A stretch of 64,000 nt of DNA from Lama guanicoe (Eukaryota): the NCBI GenBank assembly GCA_013239625.1, contig MU053594.1:646355-710354 (forward strand), given 5' to 3'. Below the pieces are notes generated by a model. It did not search any database. It worked only from the letters and a program-made list of their open reading frames with translations, and was not told the origin of the DNA. Position 1 is the first letter of the stretch. Every line of letters starts with the position of its first letter. Shown here piece by piece: positions 38,174 through 49,040 of this stretch. Position numbers and translations under genes: made by a program.

Positions 38174-38887
38174 GACATCAGGGTTTGAAACCTGGCCCGG
38201 CACAGCAAAGGCTGGGACAGGGGGACCGAGGACCCGTGTAGGATCCCTCGTGGGCAGTTGGAGCAGATCCTTTCCTCCTCCGTAAGAGACTGGGGACAGA
38301 CCCAGGCACCGGGACCAGGGCCATCAGGAAGGTGGTCAGTGTAGTCGCAGGGGCCTGGCTGGGGCTTTCAATGGGAAGTGGAAATTTCCTCCAAACTTTT
38401 GCTCCTGGCCATGCACAAAGCACACGCGCCTGGCAGCCCTGAGCAACACCCCCCTTCCACCACCCAGGGGGCAAGTCATGCAGACATGAGCTGGGAGGGA
38501 ACAATTTCTCCTCCTCTGTGCCTCCCTCCGATTTCAGAGAGGGTTTCTAGGATGCAAGGGCCCCTGTGAGCTCAGGAGCAAGTGGTTAAAGTTGCCAGGA
38601 GCCTTGGGAATAAAGAAGGAACTCACTTTGGGGGCTGGGGTCCAGGTGCAGGAGGAGGAGGCCAGGGGTCTGCTGGAGATGCACACAGAGGAGGAGCTGA
38701 AAGGTAAGGGGACCCCTTCCTAGCTACAACTAGTTGAGCTACAACTCAGTGTCCCCCTTCCTGGCCCTCCATCACCCAGGAGATCAGGTTCCTGTCTCCT
38801 CTCAAGGTCAAAGGGGCAGGTGGCAAGTACAAGAAAGGGGCCCTGTCAGAAGTCCAGCTGCACTTCCCCCAGGAGACCCCAGGTTGT

Positions 38888-40192
38888 CTAAACTTCCGTC
38901 TGGGCTCCAGGCTCAGCCCTGCCCAGAATGGCTAGCGAGGGATCCTTGTCCTCTAGGAAGGTGACAATGCCCTGCTTTTGGCTCCGGAGGGCCAGCTGCA
39001 GGGGGGTGCAATCCACCCCATCCTGGGTGTCCAGCCAGGCACCGGCCTTAATCAGCACTCTGAGGATGGCCATATTGCCTGTGAGGGCAGCCAGGTGGGC
39101 AGGTGTCCAGCCCACTTTGTTGCTGGCATGCACGTCTGCCTGGCGCTTCAGGAGGTTGGTGACACACAGGAAGGCACCGCTCTGGACCGCCAGGTGAATA
39201 GGTGTCCAGCCTGACTGCTCGGCAGCATTGGGGTCAGCCCCACATTGCAGGAGTACTGACACCACCCCCTCTGCCCCATGGCGAACAGCCAGGTGCAGGG
39301 GGGTTCCAGCTCATGCCTCCGGGAGCCCCCACGTCCGCGCGGCTCTCAGCCAGCAGGCGGATGATCTCCAGGTGGCCCTTGTAGGCTGCTAGATGCAGGG
39401 CTGTCCAGCCCTGCCGGGTCGGCAGCTCAAGGCTGGCCCCGTACCTGAGCAGCATCTTGCAGATGAGGTGTTTGCTCCTGGCAGCCGCGATGTGCAGCGG
39501 GCCGCAGCCGCTCTGGTCAAGGGCATCGGGGGCCGTCCCACTCTTTAACAAGTGTTGGATGGCCCTCACTTTGCCTTGCTCCACCGCCAGGTGCAGTGGT
39601 GTCCTCAGGTTTCTCTGCCCAGCATCCAGCTCGGCCCCCTGCACCGTCAGCAGCTTAACCAGCCTGACGTGGCTGAAGTAGGCAGCCACATGGAGCGGGG
39701 TCTTGCCCTCAGCTTCACGCAGGTTGGGGTCAGCCTGACGGGAGACCAGAAGCCGTGACACGTTCTCAAAGTTGTTCTGCGCAGCCAGGTGGAGTGGGGT
39801 CCACCCCTCATGCTCCTGGGCGTCCACACGGGCCCCGTGGTCCGGGAGCAGACGAGCGGTGCGGTCATCCCCATTCTGGGCCGCAAAGTGCAGCGGGGCC
39901 CAGCCGTCCTCATCCTCCAGGTTGGCGTCGGCGCCGTGCTCCAGGAGCAGGGCGCAGAGGTCGGGCTGCTGATCCTGGGCGGCGATGAGGAGGGGCGTGT
40001 AGCCGCAGGCTGTCTGGCAGTCCACATCGACCTCGTGGGCCAGCAGCAGCCTCACCTGCTCCAGGCTGCCCTGCGCCACCAGGAAGTGGAGAGGGGTGAC
40101 CTTGTTCTGGCATAAATGCAGCTGCTTATCACTTGGGACCAGGCTCTCACTGTCTGAGAGCTGCAGGACCTGCTTCAAGTAGTCTGCTAAGT
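38888..40192 (-). pseudogene. ANKK1: ANKK1 exon 8 (about 12 ankyrin repeats), +1 frameshift in repeat 9
   Basis: The ankyrin array is split over ORFs 39234..40178 and 38888..39265. TGG AAC CCC CCT is seen where TGG ACC CCC CTG (WTPL) is expected, at 39298-39305. Orthologous stop TAG at 38888-38890. Confidence 0.97.
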
Positions 40193-40654
40193 CTGCTGGG
40201 AGGAAGATGAGATTGAGAAAAGGACCTCTGACCTATCCAAAGGTCATCCTGGCCATCCCCCTGCCTCCCGGAAGTACCATCCAGAACCAAGACATAAGGA
40301 GGGCAATGTCTTTCTCGATACCCCAGATCTCTACGTGGGCCCCACTGTCCTAGAGAGCTGAGTCTGGCATCTTTACGTACAGATGAGGAAGAAAGAGGCT
40401 GGGGTGCAAATTCTGACTCCACCCCTTAGCATCATGTGTCCTCTGCCTCTTTAAGCCCCTAGATCCTGATCTGTAAAGGGCTCACGAATAATGCCCACCT
40501 CACGCCACCACTGGGAGGACAAATCACGTAGGTGAGAACCTCCAGAGGAGCGCTTGGCACAAAGTAAATAAATGCAAGTTGAAGATCAATTTGTGGTGAC
40601 GCTTTGGGATCTGAACTCCTCCTGAGGTCATTAAGGATCCACTTCCTCCGGCTC

Positions 40655-40840
40655 TTCCCAGTGGTACATTAGAATTAAAAGCAACAATCTCCAAAACAGA
40701 ACAACAAACAAACGAAAATCACTGCCCAGGCCAAACCCCCAGAGACTCTGATTGAATTTTTCTAGGGTGGCTCAGGCAACATGTATTTTTTTCACTTCCC
40801 AAGTAATTCTAATTTCGCAGCCGTGGTTGGAAACTGATGC
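40655..40840. mobile_element. MER5A-like hAT element
   Basis: cccccagagactctgattgaat...atgtatttttttcacttcccaagtaattctaat...ggttggaaactgatg. Confidence 0.7.
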
Positions 40841-41101
40841 TCCCCGATCCCTCAGGCCGGGAAGGGAGGAGTCCGGCCTCAAAAGAACACAGACCTGAAG
40901 GGGAAGCAAAGCCAGGACCCCCAAGGGCGTGTGCATTTCTGGAACACAGGGCCAAGTGCTGGGAAAGGGACACCTGGACTCCTGATTTGTGATGGGCCTG
41001 GGGAAGAGGGCGGGCCAGCGAGGCTGCGGAAAGGATAGGGGTTGATTCCACTTTCTCCTCGCTGTGGGTTCTCTGATTCCAGCTGTGTGCTCGGGACTCA
41101 C

Positions 41102-41138
41102 CGCTGTCTGTCAGCTCCTGACCGACCTCCTCACCGAC
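41102..41138 (-). pseudogene. ANKK1: ANKK1 exon 7
   Basis: cccag|VGEEVGQELTDS G|GTGAGT. 37 nt. Confidence 0.9.
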
Positions 41139-41798
41139 CTGGGGAGGCGGAAGCAGATGTGGAGGGGAGACCAGGTGGGCAGGGTAGCTCTGGTCTGTGC
41201 CGTCCTCCACACCTCCCCTCTCTCCGGCACTCTCTGCCACCTGTCAGGACTCCCAGCCCACCCCATCCTCGGAGACCCTCTCCTCTCTCACCTCTGCCAC
41301 CAGCTGTGTCTAGAGGAAAACCCTGCGCAGGAGATACCCTCCCAGAAAGAGGGGGCCCAGGGCCTTGAGTTCCCCACAGGCCACAGGGAAGGCAGGGGGG
41401 CTCCTTCAGTTTAGTTGGGAGCCACACGCTAGCCCATGGCTGGCCCGCAGGTGAGGCTATGGACCGGCGAGCAGGGATGATGCTCGCTGACACCCACGGT
41501 GGGAGAGCCTGAGGGAGCCCGGGAGAGCCGCGGTCTCCCTCCGCAGGACCCGCTCTGTTTCATCCCACACATGTAAGCGAAGGCATGTCCTTCTCAGAGG
41601 CTCTCGGCTACCACCAGCCCTTAGACCACCTTTGAGCAAATCAGGAAAAGGTGTCCCCGAGTGGCTGCCTGGCTTGGCCCGCGGAGGCTGAACCGGCTCC
41701 GGTCCCCACCTGCCCCTCGGCCATGCGGCCTGCGAGGAGGGCACGCCCGTGCGCGCATCCTCAGCGCCTGCCAGAGAGCGGGCGCCGCCCCCACTCAC

Positions 41799-41917
41799 CT
41801 GCCGGGGCCCGCGCAGGCGCCGTGTGCAGGACACCTTCCTGGCCAGGGCCTCGCTCTCCGGGTCGGCCACAGCGCTCTGGAGCAGGGACAGCAGCATGTC
41901 TGTCTCGATTGTGATGT
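41799..41917 (-). pseudogene. ANKK1: ANKK1 exon 6
   Basis: gcag|AC ATC ACA: DITIETDMLLSLLQSAVADPESEALARKVSCTRRLRGPRQ|GTGAGT. 119 nt. Confidence 0.95.
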
Positions 41918-42590
41918 CTGCTCCACGAAACAGAGAGAGAGCAAAAGAAGTGACAGGCTGGCCAGCAGTTCCCTCCCCGTTTTAAATACGCTAACATGTC
42001 CTGGGTCCTCCATCCCAAAGCCCATCCCGGGGCTCGGGGCCATCCGCACATGCGCACCAGAAGGGAAGCGAGCTGGGTCCCAGCCTTGGCTCAGTGGGGC
42101 CACATCTGGCAAGTCGTCGACCCTTTGAGGGTCAGACCTTTTCAATAGAATGAGGGGGCAGGGCTAGGCGATCTCTAAGACGCTCACGTTTACACGTATA
42201 TGTGCGTTTACATAATCCCCGAAGGAGGGGATGACCTTAGGGTCCATCCATCCTGTGATCTCACGGTCTGGGAGCATTTCACAGTGAGGACACTGCAGCT
42301 AACTGGAGACCCAGAAGCAGCAGAGCCAGGCCCAGATGCCTTCGGAAAACGAGGGTTTTCTCCTCTACCTCCCAGAGGGGTCTACACTAACCCGAAGAGC
42401 CTGGACTGCAGTTCTCTGGCCCCACGGGCCATCCCCCTGCACTGTGGTGCAGAATCTGCCCCAGTGCCATCAGGGCCCTCCCTGCAGAGCTCTCAGGAGT
42501 GGCTTGGGGCTTCAGTCATCTCTCCAGGCCCACCAAGATCCCTACCCCACCCCCTTCCCCAGTCCTTGTGTAGGCCAGGCTGATGAAAAC

Positions 42591-42745
42591 CTGAAAACCA
42601 AGGCCTCTTCTTGGGGTCCTGGTCCCAGCAGTGCCTCATGAGGTCCACCACCTGCTGGACTTCACCCGGCCACTCATCGGAGGCAGGCTGCGGGGATGCC
42701 GCGCACCTGCGGCCACTCGGATGATAATGGTCATCATGTTGAAGC
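42591..42745 (-). pseudogene. ANKK1: ANKK1 exon 5 (subdomains X-XI), frameshifted
   Basis: acag|GFNMMTIIIRVAAGAR in one frame and SPQPASDEWPGEVQQVVDLMRHCWDQDPKKRPWFS in another. 155 nt, not a multiple of 3 although both ends are phase 1. Confidence 0.95.
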
Positions 42746-43282
42746 CTGTGACGGGAAGCCCAGGCTGTACGGTGCTGGGGGACAGGGGCGGAGGGGCTGG
42801 GCAGGAGGCTGGGGCTCTGAGGATCCTGACAGGGCAGGGCACACAGCAGGGGCTTCATAAATGCACGGTGAGTTAAGGGTTAAACTACAGGCCGACCTGA
42901 GGTTCAGACTTAAGCAGCTGGGTCTCTGGTCCAGCTCCAGCCCCTCCCAGGCCACGCCGGGCCACGCCCCTCGCTGCCAGCCTTTGCTGTCCCAAGGCGG
43001 CAGGACTGAGCAGCTGGACTAGTTTACTTTGAACTTCACTAGGTTATCCAAGTTCCCTGATAATCTGTTTACCTGGCACCTGGGTGGCAGGGCTGGGGGT
43101 GGAAGAGGCAGGAAAGAGCACTTGGAAGCCAAGGAATTAGAGGCAGAAAGCGTGGCCTGGGCTGAGTTTTGTCCTGCCTTTCACTGTCACATGAGCTCTA
43201 GGAAGTAAAGGGGAGGAAGGATGGGGGGGGGGGGGGGGACCCTTCCAGGACCCCACCTGCCACTGCCACCATCACCTGTTAC

Positions 43283-43332
43283 CTGAGCACGGTTTCTTCT
43301 GCGTGAGGAGCTCCCTGATGACAATCCCAAAG
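43283..43332 (-). pseudogene. ANKK1: ANKK1 exon 4 (subdomain IX)
   Basis: tgcag|C TTT GGG: SFGIVIRELLTQKKPCS G|GTAAC. 50 nt. W>R and Y>C at conserved positions. Confidence 0.95.
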
Positions 43333-43596
43333 CTGCATACAGGGGACAGTAACCCTGAGTGACTTTCTTGGATATCCACGGTCACCCCAGCCAGGGGGGT
43401 CCCACGGACCACACAATCCCAGGTTAAAGCCTCTCCAGCCAGAGCCGCCCTCCATCCCTCCTCCTCCCACGTGGGCAGGGTGGGGCCAGACCTCATCCCT
43501 GTCCTGCCCTGCCTTCTGGGCCGGTGAAGTCCAGGCAGAGGGTTGACAACAAGCTACTTCCTGGGTGTGTGGCAGGGAGCCCAGCCTCCTCCTCAC

Positions 43597-43748
43597 CTGT
43601 ACACATCGTATTTGGGCCCCGGGCCCTTGTTAGTCTCCAGGAACATCTCAGGGGGGATGTAGCTCAGTGTGCCCTGCAGAGCTGACCTCTTGATGTATTG
43701 TATCCGGGTCGACTGTTCCATCCACTTGGACAGGCCGAAGTCTGAAAC
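43597..43748 (-). pseudogene. ANKK1: ANKK1 exon 3 (DFG, activation loop), open frame
   Basis: cccag|VSDFGLSKWMEQSTRIQYIKRSALQGTLSYIPPEMFLETNKGPGPKYDVY|GTGAG. 152 nt. Confidence 0.97.
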
Positions 43749-44189
43749 CTGGGAGGAAGCCAGAGGTGGCGATGGGGGTGGGGCAAGACAGTCTGGCCTC
43801 CAGAAAACTGCCTGGACTTCTCATCCCTGCCCTGTCTTCATTTCCAGTCTAGTGTCTCCACTGAGAGCATGAGCTCTCTCCTGGGGCTGCCACATACGAC
43901 ACAATGAACGTGGACAAGTTAGTTATCTTCTCAGAGCCTCAATTGCCTCACCTATAAAATGGAAAAATATGGGTACTTAGGTCCTAGTGCTACTATGAAC
44001 ATGAAATGAGGAAACAGGCAAAAAGCACTCAGAACCGTGCCTGGTGTAGCACGTGGTAGGTGCAGCCATTACCCAGAGGACTGTGGAGACAGCTGCCAGC
44101 TTCGGTGAGCTTCCGTTCACCCCACTGCCACGAGCCCTGAAGCACTTACACCATGTCTGTTATCCCGCACTTTGATTATATCCATTGAT

Positions 44190-44580
44190 TCATTCAGACA
44201 CTGACTGACAATTCACTGAGTGCCAACTAGGCCAGGCACTGAGGACAGGTCTTTGCACCTATGGCTCTCCTAAGTGCTTATTCAAATATAGTCACTAATG
44301 AAAAAGTTTCACAAATGGCTATACACTTACAATCGGGGTTAGCCACGTGGAGATACAGAGGGACAATGACGGTGTATAACAGGGGCTTGTAGGGGTGGAT
44401 CAGGGAAAACCTCCCTGAGGAGGTGCTGTTTAAGCTGAGAGCTGAAAGATGAGTAGGCATTTGCTAGGGGGAGTGGGGGAACACTGTTCTTGGCAGTGAG
44501 AACAGAATGTGCAAAGGTCCTGGGGCAGAAATAAAAGTGTGACGTGTTTTATAAGAACTGAAAAAATGGCCATTGTGATC
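44190..44580 (-). mobile_element. L2 fragment
   Basis: cactgagtgccaactaggccaggcactg...cagggaaaacctccctgaggaggtg...ctgagagctgaaagatgagtagg...tgtgcaaaggtcctgggg. Confidence 0.7.
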
Positions 44581-44888
44581 TTTTTAAAGAATCATCTCAT
44601 CCTTTACATGCATCCTCGTTTGAAGCAAAGAACGGGACAGACTGGGGTTATTCTACCCACTCTGGAAATGAAAGACTGAGATCCAAAGAGGTTTATTGCA
44701 GGCATCCTGATACCCAGTTTCATGCACCAAATTCCAATCTGCTTTAGGTGTGATCCCTGCCTGTAGTATTTGTCCATGAAGGGAGCTGCTTAAAACCCTT
44801 GACAGGTCAGTCAGGCGGGTAGATAATCTTGCTCATCGGGAGAAGACTCTGGAGTAAAAGGGGCAGAGAGGTTCACCAGGGACCTTAC

Positions 44889-45183
44889 CTTGACATGCAT
44901 GTGGCTGTCCAGGAGGATGTTGCCTGGCTTGAGGTCCAGGTGGAGCAGAGGTGGCTTAATGCTGTGGAGGAAGTTCATGGCCAGGCTGGTCTCATGGATG
45001 ATGCGGAACTTGAGCTGCCAGCAGAGGCTGTGGGTGGGCAGCGTCTTCTCCAGGGAGCCATTGGCCATGAACTCCATCACAATACCCAGGGGCTGCTTGC
45101 ATACCCCATAGATGGCCACGATGTGCTGAAACTTGATCTTCTCCATTTTGGCTGCTTCTTCAATGAGGCAGTTCACCTCGGAG
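44889..45183 (-). pseudogene. ANKK1: ANKK1 exon 2 (kinase subdomains III-VIb), open frame
   Basis: atag|[53 protein letters not shown]...[23 protein letters not shown]. 295 nt. Confidence 0.97.
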
Positions 45184-46284
45184 CTATGGAGGGGCAGGAG
45201 CACGAGATGGAAGGAGGTGACCCTTTAATTACAAGTGCAACTAGCAGAACACACAAACTAGGCTTGCTGCCAGGCTGTGCGACCCAGAGAAGCCTCGGGA
45301 GCTTGCAAGGCAGTGGAGGAGGAAAGAGGCATGAAAGGATGCTCAGGGGATGCCCAGATGAGGGTCCAGATGGCCCCAGCAACGAGTCAGCAAGTAGATG
45401 AATCTGCAAATTTAAGAGGGAGCCCATTCTATAGAAGTGGCCACAAAAAGCCTACCATTTATTCTGGCTACTTGTCTGTAAGTCTGTCTCCCCCCAGGAG
45501 ATCGCAAGCCCCTGGAGAACCAATGGCATGCTTCCTACTTCTGTTTTAAAATATCATTTATTGCCATTTTGATTATGAAAGTAATACATATATCTTGTAG
45601 AAAAATCTAGGGAATAGAAAAGAAAGTTACATCTTCAGTAATCCAACCTTCCAGAGCTGGCCTCTGTTCGTCACTTAGTATATTCTTTCCCAACACATTT
45701 CAATACATTTTCTCCCTCCCTTTCATTCCTTTCTTCTCTCCCCCTCGCCATCACATAGTGTGGGCTGTTTTATGACCTGCTGTTCCCTGTTAGTGGAGCA
45801 TCCTACGTCCTTATTCTCCCAAAGCGAGCTCTGTAGTGGCTGCGTGGTATTCCACTTTAGAGATGAACTTTAATTATCCATCTTTGTCCTCCCCACAGCA
45901 CATGGCCATGCACAGCACAACGCATCCTTGTGGAACTGAACAGAAGTCAAGACTTACGGGAAAGCCTTACAAAATAAGCATTTGCAAACCTTTCACTCCT
46001 TTCACTATACCTGCCCACGGAACAGTAAATATGCAAATTGTTAGGGGTTGCTCAGGGACTGCGGGGATGAAGGTTAAGGAGAAATGACATTTTTAAAAAG
46101 CAAAGTATTTGCAAAGCTGCGTTGGCCCTGCAGTCAGAGGCTGCTGGAAATGTGCTCGCAGGACGTCCCTGGGAAGCCAGCCAGAGATTCTTAACCTCTA
46201 GGAAAAAACCCCTGCTCTCCCTCACATCTGGAAGGGTTGGCTAGTCCAGGTTTCTGCTGTTCTCTTATTTACTTCTCTACTGTT

Positions 46285-46440
46285 TATTTTTTTTAAATAC
46301 AGTTGAGTTTGTTTTATTTATTTTTTACTTTTGGGGAGTAGGTAATTAGGTTTATTTATTTTTTAATGGAGGTACTGGGGATTGAACTCAGGACCTCATG
46401 CATGCTAAGCACACGCTGTACCACTGAGCTATACCCCCAT
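46285..46440 (-). mobile_element. Vic-1-type SINE in ANKK1 intron 1
   Basis: ggaggtactggggattgaactcaggacctcatgcatgctaagcacacgctgtaccactgagctatacccc. Degenerate TSD tttacttctctactgtt / tttactttctttaccgtt. Confidence 0.9.
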
Positions 46441-46753
46441 CTTTTACTTTCTTTACCGTTCAAGGGATCTCCCTCTCCCTCTGATATTTTTTTTAAATAT
46501 TTTTAAATCTTGTCCTTTTGAGTTCACAGGAACTAGAAGACCTGTGTCATGAAGTAGAAAAAGCAAGGGATCTGGGATTGCACTGCTCTGATTTCAAATT
46601 CCATTTTCACCACTTATTTTCTGCATGACCCTGAACAAGCAAACTTGCCGGGCCTCAGTTTCTTAACTGTAAAATGGGAACAACAGTAATTTGCACAATT
46701 AACCCTTGACACCCAGACTTCTTGAAAACACTTGCTGCATCCGTTGTCTCTCT

Positions 46754-47164
46754 NNNNNNNNNNNNNNNNNNNNNNNNNNNNNNNNNNNNNNNNNNNNNNN
46801 NNNNNNNNNNNNNNNNNNNNNNNNNNNNNNNNNNNNNNNNNNNNNNNNNNNNNNNNNNNNNNNNNNNNNNNNNNNNNNNNNNNNNNNNNNNNNNNNNNNN
46901 NNNNNNNNNNNNNNNNNNNNNNNNNNNNNNNNNNNNNNNNNNNNNNNNNNNNNNNNNNNNNNNNNNNNNNNNNNNNNNNNNNNNNNNNNNNNNNNNNNNN
47001 NNNNNNNNNNNNNNNNNNNNNNNNNNNNNNNNNNNNNNNNNNNNNNNNNNNNNNNNNNNNNNNNNNNNNNNNNNNNNNNNNNNNNNNNNNNNNNNNNNNN
47101 NNNNNNNNNNNNNNNNNNNNNNNNNNNNNNNNNNNNNNNNNNNNNNNNNNNNNNNNNNNNNNNN
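46754..47164. other. Assembly gap (411 N)
   Basis: Run of N. Confidence 1.
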
Positions 47165-47199
47165 AAAAACACTTTGCATCCGTTGTCTCTCTCTTTTCC

Positions 47200-49040
47200 T
47201 CATCTCCCACCACCCCCTTCCATCCAGTTTCTGGTCTTAATACTCCACTGAGCAGCTGTTAGTAAAGTCACCAATGACCCCCACTGTAGCCTACTAGCAA
47301 TTTCCAGTTCTCGGCTTAGGGTCAGTTCATCTGTGGTTCCTTCGCGGGTTCCCATTCTGTTCCTGGACCAGCTGGCCCAGTCCCAGGCCCTCTTCTTTCC
47401 TCCCCTCACTCTGTGCCATCTCTAGGCAATCTCAGAACTTCCAACTGGGTATTCAGCATTTAATGCATCTAAAGCTGAACTCTCCATTCTCCCCTCAATC
47501 CTGCTCCTCCCTCAGCCTTCTGCATCCCAGTGAGTGGGGCCTACATCCTTCTAGCCTTCAAAGGTCCTGATGTTATCCTTAATTTCTCCCTTCCTCTCCT
47601 TCCCTTGGCGCATCCTATCAGCTCCACCTTCAAAATATAGCAAGAATCCAACCACACATCACCACCTCTGTCCACTGGCATCTTGGCCCCAGCCTCCCAA
47701 TTGGCTTCTTTACTTCTGTCTCTTTTCCTTCACTGGCAGCCAGAGTGATACTCTTAAAATACCAATCAGCGCATGTCACTGTTCTGCTCAGGACCACCCA
47801 GTGTTTCTCTTCTCATTCACAGTAAGAGCCGAAGGTCTGACGCTGGCTTATTCGGCCCTGCCTGTCCTGCTCCTAGGTGTAGATCACTGATCTCGTCCCC
47901 TGCTCATCACTCCTTCCCCGACTCTCTTCCTGCTGGAAGGACTTCTAGTTCTTCCTCCATCATGTCAAGGCTATTCCCACCTCAGGGCCTTTGCACATGC
48001 TCTTCCCTCTGCCTAGACCACTAAGAGAGCTTAAGAGAGCCACATGGCTTGCTCTTTCTTTGCTTCAAATCTCTATTCTCAAATGGTACCTAGTTAGTAA
48101 GGACTTCAAGGCTATAGAAAATAGCAACCCTATTCCAACTCCAACCATCCTTATCCCTCCCAGAAGAGGAGGAGGAAGAAGATGAGGACAAGGAGGAGGA
48201 AGAGGATGGTGAGAAGGAAGAGTCTGATGATGAAAAAGATGGAGGAGAAGACGTAGAAAGGAAAGATGATGAAGATGAAGTTAGGGAAGAGGAAGAATTT
48301 GGACGTGATGGAGAAGTTGATGAAGATGAAGATGATGAGGATGAAGGGGAGGAATAAAGTGGGAAAGGTGAAAAGAGGAAGAAACAGATGATGAAAGACA
48401 GATGATTAAGACCCCAACTAACCTGCAAAAAAACCACACCTTGCTTTATTGGTGTTTATTGGCTGGACTGCTCAAATAGATTTGGTAGCAGTGTTTTGGT
48501 TTTTGTTTTTATAAGGTAGCTCTGGTACAAACTCCAGGACACCCACGCAGCTGAAGAGCCAAAGAATAGCGGTTGTGACATTCTGCCTTCCTCCATTTAG
48601 TCCCTCTTGGAAATCCACCAGCAAGCTTGGGGACTTCACCCCCCAAAAGTTAGAAGCTTTGTTAAGTTTTCGTGTAAGACTCTTGCTTTAGCCTGGAGAG
48701 CTGTGACTGGTAAGTCGGTCATCTGTGGCTACCAGTTACACTGAAATTGTAACAGCATTTTTTACTTTCTGGACAACAGAGAAGCATTGTAAATAAAATC
48801 TTGCCATTTGGAGAGAGGAAAGCCCACAAATTAGTATTTCCAGATCAAATGTTTCTTTGGAAGGTCAGACTACTCAACTCTCCTCTTAGGAATTTTAATC
48901 AATGAAAATGTCAAATGGTTGTAAGGGATATGGATAAAAATATTTGTTTGTTGGTTGATTTGTTTGTTGTCTGTCTTCCTCCATTAGATTATAAACTCCA
49001 TGAGGGAAGGAACTTTGCTTTGTTCACTCAGCGCTTAGAA
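47200..49040 (+). mobile_element. L2 element split by the ANP32B retrocopy
   Basis: aaagtcaccaatgacccc...aagctgaactc...cctcagggcctttgcacatgctcttccctctgcct before 48160, and tgtctgtcttcctccattagattataaactccatgaggg after about 48960. Confidence 0.75.
48163..48810 (+). pseudogene. ANP32B: 5'-truncated processed pseudogene of ANP32B (acidic C-terminal tail plus 3'UTR)
   Basis: Translates EEEEEEDEDK...EEEEFGRDGEVDEDEDDEDEGEE*SGKGEKRK..TDDE..DD*. It runs directly into 3'UTR-like sequence (gagccaaagaatag, ctgtggctaccagttacactga, ttgtaaataaaatc) remembered from ANP32B mRNA. No introns, with an internal stop and small indels. Confidence 0.88.

Noticed and set aside
39202..40115. Several + strand ORFs overlapping ANKK1 exon 8
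   Set aside because: Antisense shadows of GC3-rich coding sequence.
43611..43630. Suspected frameshift in ANKK1 exon 3 (G/C runs)
   Set aside because: Recounting gives AAC AAG GGC CCG GGG CCC AAA in frame, and the 152-nt exon length fits the splice phases.
46614..47262. Six long ORFs
   Set aside because: Artefacts of translating through the N gap.
48090..48437. Poly-serine ORF on the - strand
   Set aside because: It is the antisense reading of the GAA/GAG/GAT-rich ANP32B retrocopy.
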